64,000 nucleotides of DNA from an uncultured Mesohalobacter sp. Lineage in GTDB: Bacteria > Bacteroidota > Bacteroidia > Flavobacteriales > Flavobacteriaceae. Below the pieces are notes generated by a model, which saw only the letters and a program-made list of their open reading frames with translations, did no database searches and was not told the origin of the DNA. Both the position numbers and the translations under genes were made by a program. Of this stretch, positions 8,359 to 17,554 are shown in pieces; the stretch's first letter is position 1, and each line of letters starts with the position of its first letter. The stretch is from the NCBI GenBank assembly GCA_964593755.1, contig CAZQKB010000012.1, forward strand, positions 14,665-78,664. Reading direction: 5' to 3'.

Positions 8359-11300
8359 TTACTCTAAAACTTTCACTTTCGAATCTTTAGTCCTCGCAAA
8401 ATAAGCATTGCTATACATCGTCTCAGCCTGGCTTCCGGGCAGGAAATATTCGCCCAGATATGAGGCGTTCATTTTTACACTAAAGCTTTTGGTTTTTTTG
8501 GCGTCCAAATCCAGGTAAAAGTGGATTTCGCTGTCCCTAATATCGACATAATTTGCTTCCGGGTAGCTGTCAGTCTGGTAGTCTGTAAACGAGGTGTCCA
8601 CCACTTCCCAGCCGCTCGGCAAATGGTACTGTAAAGCCAAGTGTCTTAAGTCGGTTTGGGACAGGTTGCCGATATTTATCGTTACATTCACCTCTGAGCC
8701 TTGTCTAACCTCATTAATATTCATCGGCTTGCCATTGGCATCGGTGTAAGCTATATTCAGACTGAGGTTTTTCTGCTCTGCAAAGGACTCACCGAGAGCA
8801 GGTTTACCATTTTGAACTAATCTTACGAATAGCTTGGTGTCTTTGTTATTTTTCAACTTCAATTTTACTCCTGCGTTTTCTCCTAACTTGATATCTCTTT
8901 TCAGAATAGGTTTATTCGTTTTAACCGATTCACCATTAAAATTAATGTCCATGGCTTTACCGCCATTTTTCTGTAATAACTTAGACAAACTTACTAAAGC
9001 AAAAGCGGTTTCCTGCGTATTGAGATAATCATCTGAAGATAATTTTAAAGCCAGATTTTCTGCTTTTTCCTGCATTCTGTCGTCTTCAAGATAAACCAAA
9101 CTTTCCAGAAGCATCGCCTGATTTCTGAAATCAGAACCATAAGTATAGTATTGGTAAGGGTCATAAACCTCATAAATAGAAGCGGATTCAACAATAGATT
9201 TTGCCACATCTTTTTGACCAATTAAAGCATAAGCCTGTGCCAGTCGCCATTTTGAAGCATTAGAAATTTTAGTATTTCTCAGTCTATTCATCGAAGCCAA
9301 ATCAGCATCTCCGAGTAACGCTAAAGTGTAAAGCCGGTAAGCCTGCATATAGTCTGAAGGTCGGCTGTAAGTATTTTCATTCCATCGGCGGGCTTGCTCT
9401 TTTTGAAAGTTTTTCCAATTATTCAAAAACATCATTGGAATATTGAATCCTTTACGCTGGGCTTCTATCATAAAATGCCCGGCATAGCTGGTGCCCCATT
9501 CATTGGCGCTTCCGCCGGGCCAGTAGCTCAAACCACCGCTAACCAGTTGAAAATCATTCAACTTCTCTATGGCTTTCTGTACATTCCTTTTGGTTTCCTC
9601 TTTTTGGCTAAAGCTTAAATCTGCGATATCTTCCAGGTAGATTTGTGGAAATGCTTTTGAAGTCGTCTGCTCAACACAACCATGTGGATAGCCAATTAAT
9701 CTGGATAAGCGCTTACTCAAATCCATTGGTGGCAAAGCAGAAATTTCGACAAAAGCTGAATTGGTTCCTTTTGTACCAAAAGACTTTTCATCTATACTTA
9801 AGCTTTCATTGGACCCAAGCTCAAAGTTTTTGGTTTTTTGAGCCATTGGGTTCGGGTTATAAGTATCGATTTCAAGTGTATATTTCGCCGTTTCTCTTCC
9901 TGATGTGGCTGTAAATTTTAAATTTTCAATGCTTGAAGAAGACACCACTTCGTAATCAAAGTTCACGATTTTATCGCCGGTTTCCATAAAGCTGAGGGTT
10001 TGTTCTGTTGGGCCAACAGGCTTAATTCCGGAACTGACCTCTGCAGTTAGTGTCACCTTTTTAATTTCGTCTTCCATGGCAAAAACCGTAAGCGGAATGC
10101 TTAGTTTTTCGCCTGGTGATAATTTTCTGGGTACCGAAGCCAAAAGCATCAACGGTTTTTTGACGGGAACCACCTCTTCTACACTGCCATAGCTTTCGCT
10201 GGCCACATCAGACGCCACCAGCATGACTTTTACCGAACCGATATAATTTGGCATATAGAGTTTATGCTTTTTACTTTCCCCTGCTTTCAACTCAAATGGT
10301 CCTATAAAGCTTACTACAGGCTTAAAGCGATTGGCTTTTCTGTTTTTTGAGCCTGCCAGACTACCACCACCACCAATGCTGAAAATATTCTCTACACTAC
10401 CGGCATAAGCGCCAATGACATCATCATAAATGTCAAAAGTCTGCACACCAAGGGCTTCTTTACGGTTGAAATACTCGTAGATGTCCGGCACACTAAAGTT
10501 GGTCAAATCCAACAGGCCTTCATCAACCACGGCAATTGTATAGGTCATGGGTTTGCCGTTTTGTTCGGTTACTTGTATGTTGTAACTGGTTTCAGGTCTG
10601 ATCTTTTCAGGTACATTAAGTTCAGGACTTAAACGTTTATCTTGATTTTCAACCTTGAGCGGAACTACCCCAAAAAGCCTGATCGGTCTGTCATTTTCTG
10701 TTCGCTGATGCGGCTGGATGAAGCTTAAACTCACATAGGCGTTTGGTGTGAATTCCTCAGTGATTTTCAGATCTAACGTAGTCGTACCGCTTTGGGTCTC
10801 TACCCATTCCTGACTCAGAATACCTGAACCATTTTCAACTGTAAGCAATGCTTTAGCTCCCTGACTTGAAGGGAAAGTCACTTTTGCGGTTTCTCCAACA
10901 TTATATTGGTCTTTGTCTAAATTGAAAACCAACATATTAGCCAGATTACCTTCTGTGTTTGTCCACCAGTTTTTGTAATAATAAGCAATTTGACTTGCTG
11001 CATGTTTACCCTTTTCATCGATCACACGAATCAAATATCGTCCTCTGTCTCGCTGAGGAATATTAAGCTTAAAACTGGCCATACCTCTGGCATCTGTGGT
11101 CAGGTCAAAACTTTTATAAGCGCGATAACTTGAGCTGTTTTGGTATTTGGAGAGGTTATCACTTCCACGGTTCCACCACCAACGCCAGTCTAATCTATAG
11201 ATGTAAGCTTTTAAGGGTTTTGAAGCCACTGGTTTTCCGCTTTTATCAACACTTATCACACGATACAAAGTTTCCTCGTCTGTATCGTAAGTTCTGCCTT

Positions 11301-13842
11301 TGATATCCGGTGATCTTAAGCCGACAAAATGTTCAAAAGGCGCCAGGTTTTTCTGCGTAACATTGATGGAAAAATCACCGCCGTTTTCATAGACTTTGGT
11401 CAGAAAACTTAATTTGAGCATTCCGGGCAGATTCTGGGAAGTCTCAATATTCTTTTGAATGTTTATAAGTCCTTCATCATTCAACTTTCCTTTAAAAAAA
11501 TCCATTTCCTGATCATTAAACGAACGCGTAATGTCGTAAAAGCTATAGGTCTTGAGCTTTGGAAACGGATGAGTTGCGATGCTCATGTTCATTTCGACCT
11601 CAGCTTTGAGTTTTCTGGCGGTGGCACCGCTTAACCAGTTTGAAGTCAATACAGCATTAATGGGCTCATTGGCAGGTAATACATCGTCTTCAAAATCCAG
11701 TTTGATTTTAAGCCGGTTTGGCTTTACAGCTGCAACCTTTATACGTTTATTGAATGTTACTGCGCCGATATTGATTTCAGCATTCCAGTTTCCGGTTGGG
11801 TCTGTGGCTTTGGTTGGCAGACTAAAGGTGTAAACCTTATTCAATCCCTGAAGCTGGGTTTCGTCATAAACCAATTTGCCTCTGGCATCTGTGAGTTTCA
11901 ATTTTATCGGATAATTTTCTGGAATCGGGTTAGCCAGGTCATTCAACACAAAACCGGTGTAGATAGTATCCCCTGGTCTATAAACACCTCTTTCTGTATA
12001 AATATAGCCTTTAAGTCCTTTTTTGATTTCACTTCCACCAACATCAAAATTACTTAAACTTAAAGCCTGATTTTTGTTCAACTTCAAATAAGCATATTGG
12101 TTGTTTTTTTGAGCTACAACAAATGCAATGTTCTTATTGGATTTGAGCTGTGCCATACCCTGTGCATTTGTAGAAACCTGAGATACTTCCTGCATTTGGT
12201 AGTTGTAGCCTGCAATATTCACACTACCTTCTGGTTGAGCAGACAGCAAATTTGAGGTATAAATATGGTAAACATCTGTCTTGGTTTTTTTGACCAGGAG
12301 TCCAAGGTCTGAAGCTAAAATATTGGCCGTTAAAAACCTGTTTTGATTGTAATAAGCATCATCACAGGGATTATCGCGCTCTCTCCAGTTATACCTGTAA
12401 TTTCGCCAATCGTATCTTTGGTAGTCCCAGTAGTCTTCCTCACGTTCTATGGTTTGCGTATCCTCTTCGATACTCGTAAAGGTGTAATCGGTTTTAGAAT
12501 CGTCGCAACTGTAAAGACTTAATTCTGGTCTAAAGCTGATGTCAACCTGATAAAGTGCGCCTGGGTCAGCTTTAAATAATTGGTTTAAATCTATCGCATA
12601 GGCTTTCCAAAAGCCATCATGATCTAATTTGTTTTGCACTAATGGAATGGTCTTTCTGGCCACGACACGACCTACATTTCGCAACCTGTAGTTGTTACTG
12701 TCGTCAAGATTGGCATCCTGTAAAAACTGAAGCACATTGTTTTCATAAATCTTAATGATCCTCACATCGACAGCCTTCAAACCCGTAGCTTCAAAATAAA
12801 AAGGATTTTCTGTAGAATTGGGTAAAATTACACCTTCTGTGATTAATCTTATACTGGGCTTAGACTGATTGAACAATACTTTCTCCTTAAAATCTGCTTT
12901 TAGAGATTTACCCTGAATGCTTTTAATATTTTTTAAAATTTGAAGAGTCACGGCGCCATTGTATGCTTTTTTAGGATAAACGATCAGGTTATTGCCTTCT
13001 ATATCAAAATTCAAATCCCTGTCTTCATTAATTTGGATGAGTCCTATCAAAGATTGACCATTCTGAAGGGTCTGAGAAAAATTGACAGTAATTTTTGGGC
13101 TTCCTAGGCCTTCAGTAGTTATATCTAAAACTTTAAACACATCTTTGGCCGGTATAACAAAAGAATTTTCCCCTTTGTTCTCTGCATTTATGGGGCTTCC
13201 ATTCCAATTAAGTTGTACTGTTGATTCTTGGTCAGAACGCTTTATGCTGTCGATTTTAAATCTGAAATAGGTAGCTGTTTCATTGGTCTGAGACCATTTT
13301 ATTGATAGTTGTTTGTCCGATTGTGCAGCTGTAACAATTTTCTTTACATCTTCAAAAGGCACTAAATCTGAAGTTTCTATACTGGCATTTCTGTAAGACC
13401 ATTCTTTGTCGTAAGATTCTAAAGCTTCAAGACTGACTTTAAAATCCGGCTCTATGGTTGAAAGTGTAAAACTGTAGTTTTTATAACCGCTTTCAATTGA
13501 TGGGTAAAGTTTGTCGAGGTGTAAAAGGCCTTCGTATGTTTGCCCTGGTTTCAAATGCTCTTTTGGTGAAAAAATTAAATTCCTGTCGGTTGAAAGGTAA
13601 AGCTTACCTTCAACTTTAGGCTTAAATTCAAGAATCTCAGGATCTAATTCCTGATTAATTGATTTGTTTTTGACAGGATTTACGAATCGAAAAACAACTG
13701 GGTCAGCAATAGAAATTTCACCCTGAGTATGGGAGTAGATGTAATCTTTATATTTGGCTAAGTCACTTTCTTCAGTTGAAGAATCACATTGTATCAAAAG
13801 GGGCAAGAGGCAAAAAAGTAGGAGAAGTTTGGCTGAAGACAT
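8359..13842 (-). CDS. Bacterial alpha-2-macroglobulin (lipoprotein)
   Basis: 1827 aa, lipobox-like LLIQC, YTERGVYRPG, AVVDEG, and an intact thioester motif YPHGCVEQ. Confidence 0.95.
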   Translation of the reverse strand: MSSAKLLLLFCLLPLLIQCDSSTEESDLAKYKDYIYSHTQGEISIADPVVFRFVNPVKNKSINQELDPEILEFKPKVEGKLYLSTDRNLIFSPKEHLKPGQTYEGLLHLDKLYPSIESGYKNYSFTLSTIEPDFKVSLEALESYDKEWSYRNASIETSDLVPFEDVKKIVTAAQSDKQLSIKWSQTNETATYFRFKIDSIKRSDQESTVQLNWNGSPINAENKGENSFVIPAKDVFKVLDITTEGLGSPKITVNFSQTLQNGQSLIGLIQINEDRDLNFDIEGNNLIVYPKKAYNGAVTLQILKNIKSIQGKSLKADFKEKVLFNQSKPSIRLITEGVILPNSTENPFYFEATGLKAVDVRIIKIYENNVLQFLQDANLDDSNNYRLRNVGRVVARKTIPLVQNKLDHDGFWKAYAIDLNQLFKADPGALYQVDISFRPELSLYSCDDSKTDYTFTSIEEDTQTIEREEDYWDYQRYDWRNYRYNWRERDNPCDDAYYNQNRFLTANILASDLGLLVKKTKTDVYHIYTSNLLSAQPEGSVNIAGYNYQMQEVSQVSTNAQGMAQLKSNKNIAFVVAQKNNQYAYLKLNKNQALSLSNFDVGGSEIKKGLKGYIYTERGVYRPGDTIYTGFVLNDLANPIPENYPIKLKLTDARGKLVYDETQLQGLNKVYTFSLPTKATDPTGNWNAEINIGAVTFNKRIKVAAVKPNRLKIKLDFEDDVLPANEPINAVLTSNWLSGATARKLKAEVEMNMSIATHPFPKLKTYSFYDITRSFNDQEMDFFKGKLNDEGLINIQKNIETSQNLPGMLKLSFLTKVYENGGDFSINVTQKNLAPFEHFVGLRSPDIKGRTYDTDEETLYRVISVDKSGKPVASKPLKAYIYRLDWRWWWNRGSDNLSKYQNSSSYRAYKSFDLTTDARGMASFKLNIPQRDRGRYLIRVIDEKGKHAASQIAYYYKNWWTNTEGNLANMLVFNLDKDQYNVGETAKVTFPSSQGAKALLTVENGSGILSQEWVETQSGTTTLDLKITEEFTPNAYVSLSFIQPHQRTENDRPIRLFGVVPLKVENQDKRLSPELNVPEKIRPETSYNIQVTEQNGKPMTYTIAVVDEGLLDLTNFSVPDIYEYFNRKEALGVQTFDIYDDVIGAYAGSVENIFSIGGGGSLAGSKNRKANRFKPVVSFIGPFELKAGESKKHKLYMPNYIGSVKVMLVASDVASESYGSVEEVVPVKKPLMLLASVPRKLSPGEKLSIPLTVFAMEDEIKKVTLTAEVSSGIKPVGPTEQTLSFMETGDKIVNFDYEVVSSSSIENLKFTATSGRETAKYTLEIDTYNPNPMAQKTKNFELGSNESLSIDEKSFGTKGTNSAFVEISALPPMDLSKRLSRLIGYPHGCVEQTTSKAFPQIYLEDIADLSFSQKEETKRNVQKAIEKLNDFQLVSGGLSYWPGGSANEWGTSYAGHFMIEAQRKGFNIPMMFLNNWKNFQKEQARRWNENTYSRPSDYMQAYRLYTLALLGDADLASMNRLRNTKISNASKWRLAQAYALIGQKDVAKSIVESASIYEVYDPYQYYTYGSDFRNQAMLLESLVYLEDDRMQEKAENLALKLSSDDYLNTQETAFALVSLSKLLQKNGGKAMDINFNGESVKTNKPILKRDIKLGENAGVKLKLKNNKDTKLFVRLVQNGKPALGESFAEQKNLSLNIAYTDANGKPMNINEVRQGSEVNVTINIGNLSQTDLRHLALQYHLPSGWEVVDTSFTDYQTDSYPEANYVDIRDSEIHFYLDLDAKKTKSFSVKMNASYLGEYFLPGSQAETMYSNAYFARTKDSKVKVLE

Positions 13843-14209
13843 GTTGAAATTTGAAATATTTTTGTAAATAATGTTTAATTATATGGGGCTTTTAATATAT
13901 AAACGCCTAATCCTTTTAAAAGTATAAAAAATCAATGAAAATTTTGAATTTATTTGTTTTTGGATGCGCAATTTTTTTTTCAATAAGTATTTATTAAGAT
14001 TTCAAGTGGTTTATTGGAGTTTATCGAAATGTTATAGGTTTAATCTATTAAATTATTTTCTCGCAAACCAGTCTGTCCGTCAGGCAGGGGCGCTAAGATA
14101 TTTCGTGGTATTGAGTTCAATCAATAGAAACAGTGAGCCTTAATTTCATTAGTCCTTTAATATTATAAAAGGCTTAAGTAGTGGTTTTTACGCCTGTTTC
14201 CGAAGAAAT

Positions 14210-15241
14210 TTACTTAAAAATCATAATAGCCTTTTCTCCATTTTTATCTATTGAGGCTCTAAACATTCCCGGTGTATTAAAGACCATCGAAATATTGCCG
14301 TCTTTATCTAAAGCCACAATCCCGCCATTACCACCAAGTTCAGGTAGCTTTTTCATGATTACATCTTCCGCAGCATCCTGCAGGCTTGCGTTTTTATACT
14401 GCATTTGTGCAGAAATATCATGAGCCACTGCCAGGCGGATAAAGTACTCACCCCAGCCTGTTGAAGACACACCGCAGGTGGCATTATTGGCATAGGTTCC
14501 GGCGCCAATGATGGGTGAATCTCCAATACGGTTCCAACGCTTGTTGGTCATGCCTCCGGTAGAAGTACCTGCGACAATGTTACCGTCTTTGTCTAAAGCT
14601 ACACAACCCACAGTTCCAAATTTTTTGTCTTCCCAATCCAGTAAAGCGGTTTTGTTTTGAGCACGTTTTAAAGCTTCAAGCCGTGATGGCGTTGAAAAAT
14701 AGGCCGTATCTACCATTTTTATATTTCTGGATTCTGCAAATTCCTGTGCACCTGAACCGGATAAGAGCACATGGTCGGAATTTACCATAACTTCATAAGC
14801 CAAATTGATTGGATTTTTAACGTTGGTTACACCGGCAACAGCACCTGCATTGAGGGTTTTGCCGTCCATGATAGAAGCGTCCAGTTCATTGTAGCCTTCG
14901 TGATTAAAAACCGCACCCTTACCGGCATTAAATAATGGCGAGTCCTCTAAAATATTGATTGTGCGCTGAACCGCCTCCATAGCTGTTCCGCCTTCTTTTA
15001 AAATAGAATGCCCTTTTGAAATGGCTTCGTTGAGTTTGGCTTTATATTCTTCTTGCTGCTCTTTGCTCATTCTATCTCTGGACATGACTCCTGCACCACC
15101 GTGAATTACAATAGCTATCGGTTTTTCTTCAGTAATTGTACTTGTTTCAGAGATTGTTTCAGTAGGGCTGTCCTTTTGATTTTGGCAGGCAAAACAAATA
15201 AAAGCCAAAAGTGAAAGAGAAAATAAAATAGATTTTTTCAT
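14210..15241 (-). CDS. iaaA: Isoaspartyl peptidase/L-asparaginase (Ntn hydrolase), lipoprotein signal
   Basis: IHGGAG, FNAGKGAV, ELDASIMDG, GTVGCVA nucleophile Thr, TSTGG, RIGDSP. Confidence 0.92.
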   Translation of the reverse strand: MKKSILFSLSLLAFICFACQNQKDSPTETISETSTITEEKPIAIVIHGGAGVMSRDRMSKEQQEEYKAKLNEAISKGHSILKEGGTAMEAVQRTINILEDSPLFNAGKGAVFNHEGYNELDASIMDGKTLNAGAVAGVTNVKNPINLAYEVMVNSDHVLLSGSGAQEFAESRNIKMVDTAYFSTPSRLEALKRAQNKTALLDWEDKKFGTVGCVALDKDGNIVAGTSTGGMTNKRWNRIGDSPIIGAGTYANNATCGVSSTGWGEYFIRLAVAHDISAQMQYKNASLQDAAEDVIMKKLPELGGNGGIVALDKDGNISMVFNTPGMFRASIDKNGEKAIMIFK

Positions 15242-15428
15242 AATGAGCGCTTTAAATTATAATGTCATTTTTAATTAAAAGATTGCTTAAAGATACACTC
15301 AAAAAATTAAATCTATAAGCCCTTAACTAAGTTGTTTTGGATAATTTATTTATGGAAAACTGATCCTTATCATATTTACAATGAACATTCCTTAATATTT
15401 TTGACATTCTTTTTTAATACCATAAACT

Positions 15429-15584
15429 ATGCAATATTTAATCCCTTTTGTAGACTGGACAAACGGTGCCGTCATCATGACCCTGATCTTTGGTTTGGTG
15501 ATCTTTGGTCTTGTTTTCTTTGTGATGTATTTCATCAACTCCGCTGCCAAAAAAGAGCGTGAGAAAAAAAGTAAGAAAGCTTAA
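15429..15584 (+). CDS. Small single-TM membrane protein (51 aa)
   Basis: MQYLIPFVDWTNGAVIMTLIFGLVIFGLVFFVMYFINSAAKKEREKKSKKA*: TM helix plus Lys-rich tail. Below the ORF-track cutoff. Confidence 0.7.
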   Translation: MQYLIPFVDWTNGAVIMTLIFGLVIFGLVFFVMYFINSAAKKEREKKSKKA

Positions 15585-15715
15585 GAAAGCATCCATTTTT
15601 GTCTTTTGGGGTTATTGACCCCTTTTGGTGTTTATATTGGAATCAAAAACCATTAAGATTTTTCAGAACTATTTTTTTAACATCAGTTTGATGTGATTTT
15701 CTTTAAAGTGTAAAT

Positions 15716-15829
15716 TATCATTTCGAGTGATTTTCTTTAAAAAGAGTATTTAGAAATACAATTTACAGAGGAAAAACGTTGTTCTCGATAAAATGCTGAC
15801 TGTAGATGTCAGGATTACTCGAACTGACA
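15716..15829. repeat. Degenerate intergenic inverted-repeat (MITE/REP-like) element
   Basis: Imperfect terminal inverted repeats tatcatttcgagtgatttt ... ggattactcgaactgaca with an internal ttctcgata. Confidence 0.5.
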
Positions 15830-15924
15830 CATTTTTAAATTGAATTAACACTAATGAAGTATCATTTCATTACATGCTGTTAAGAAGCAATACTTTAAGT
15901 GCATTTTTCTTTATATTTATAACT

Positions 15925-16521
15925 ATGAAAAAATTTGCTTTTAAAATAATTCTTTTAGTTTTTATCATACCTACACTTAGCATTCCATCTGGTTGTGGAG
16001 CAAGCGCAGAACTTGACCCTAAAGTTGCTGCAAAAAACGAAAAAATCATAGATTCTCTCTATCAACTGAATAATTACAGAATTGAAATTGATGTGGTTTA
16101 TCCTTTCAACACTTTGGCTACAACTCAAGTCGCCAATGATTTACTCTGGAATACGGGCAATAATGCCAATAGAATTGATGTAAGAGCTGATGGGAATTTT
16201 ATCCAAATCAGAAATGATTCTTTAACGGGCTATTTGCCTTTTTTTGGTGAACGACGCTTGAATGGTGGTGATTTGAGCGGGCGAAATACAGCCATTCAAT
16301 TTGAGGATACATTAAGTTATTTGAATAAAACTATCAATAAGAAAAAGAAGAGGTTAGAGTTAAATTTTAAAGCAGAGCAAGCCAACGGTGGAAACGACAA
16401 GTACGACCTAAAGATTTACATTTATCCAAACAGGAATGCTTTGGTTGATATTTCACCGGTTTACAGAACTTTTATAAAATATGACGGAAGATTGGTGAAT
16501 GCTGAAGAAAATGAAGAATAA
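15925..16521 (+). CDS. DUF4251-like lipoprotein
   Basis: Signal peptide ending PSGC; N.I.I..DS..GYLPFFGER pattern. Confidence 0.7.
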   Translation: MKKFAFKIILLVFIIPTLSIPSGCGASAELDPKVAAKNEKIIDSLYQLNNYRIEIDVVYPFNTLATTQVANDLLWNTGNNANRIDVRADGNFIQIRNDSLTGYLPFFGERRLNGGDLSGRNTAIQFEDTLSYLNKTINKKKKRLELNFKAEQANGGNDKYDLKIYIYPNRNALVDISPVYRTFIKYDGRLVNAEENEE

Positions 16522-16569
16522 GAGAACTTAACAACAATAGTATATTTAATAACAGTAGCCTAAAAAAAA

Positions 16570-16848
16570 TTGTTGAGAATACTTAAAAACCTCGTATTAT
16601 TTCAAAGAAAGATATTTTTTATTTCTTATCCATTTGCCATCATAATCGGGCTAATATTAGGTGGTAAATTAGAAGTTATCGCCTTTAGTTTTCTCATCAT
16701 ATCTCATGCGGTGCATTTTTTTGTTTACGATTTAACAAACAAAAATCAATATTATTACTACTATAATTTGGGCATTAGCTATTTAAAGCTTTGGGCGTCT
16801 ACGACGGCTGTTGGTTTATTGAATTTATTGATTTTGGTATGGATATGA
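16570..16848 (+). CDS. Small membrane protein, partner of the ABC ATPase
   Basis: Three hydrophobic segments, YYYYYNLGIS motif, ATGA overlap with next gene. Confidence 0.7.
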   Translation: MLRILKNLVLFQRKIFFISYPFAIIIGLILGGKLEVIAFSFLIISHAVHFFVYDLTNKNQYYYYYNLGISYLKLWASTTAVGLLNLLILVWI

Positions 16849-17528
16849 AAACCTTACACGCAGACAGTATCAGAAAATCATTTGACCGCAAAAAGATTCT
16901 AAGCGATATTTTTTTAACCTGCCAGAAAGGTGAAATAAAAGGGTTGATTGGAAAAAATGGTTCTGGAAAATCAACGCTCCTCAAAATTATTTTTGGAACT
17001 GAAAAAGCAGACACAAAGTTTGTAAGAGTAGGAGATCAAATTATTAGGAGTGTAACTGATGGCAGACATCTGATAAACTATCTGCCTCAGGACAATTTCC
17101 TGCCTTACGGGGTTTCAGTAAAAACAATTGTAAAACTATTTCTTGAAAAAGATTGTCGGAAGATAATACTGGAGAATGAACACGTTAAACCCATTTTACA
17201 CAAGAAAAATGAACATTTATCCGGTGGTGAAAAAAGAATAATTGAAATACTCCTTATCGTTCATTCGAAAGCTGACTTCATCTTACTGGACGAACCTTTT
17301 AATGGTGTAAGTCCCATAATGAGGGATTACATCATTAAATACATCAAAACCATGAAATCCAAAAAGGGCTTTATAATCACAGATCATGATTATGAAAATG
17401 TGATAGGTCTGGCTGATAAAATCGTCTTTCTTCAAAACGGGTTTTTAAGACCTATTGATGAGGTGAGTGATTTAGTTGAACTGGGATATATGACAACCGG
17501 ATCTCTTAAAAATCTGGAAAAAAAATAA
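16845..17528 (+). CDS. ABC transporter ATP-binding protein
   Basis: GKNGSGKST, LSGGE, LLDEP, ITDH. Confidence 0.9.
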   Translation: MKTLHADSIRKSFDRKKILSDIFLTCQKGEIKGLIGKNGSGKSTLLKIIFGTEKADTKFVRVGDQIIRSVTDGRHLINYLPQDNFLPYGVSVKTIVKLFLEKDCRKIILENEHVKPILHKKNEHLSGGEKRIIEILLIVHSKADFILLDEPFNGVSPIMRDYIIKYIKTMKSKKGFIITDHDYENVIGLADKIVFLQNGFLRPIDEVSDLVELGYMTTGSLKNLEKK

Positions 17529-17554
17529 ATTGAAATGTAAATATATCCTGAAGC

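Noticed and set aside
15332..15562. 76-aa ORF from the track
   Set aside because: The overlapping 51-aa frame with ATG and a clear TM helix is more plausible.
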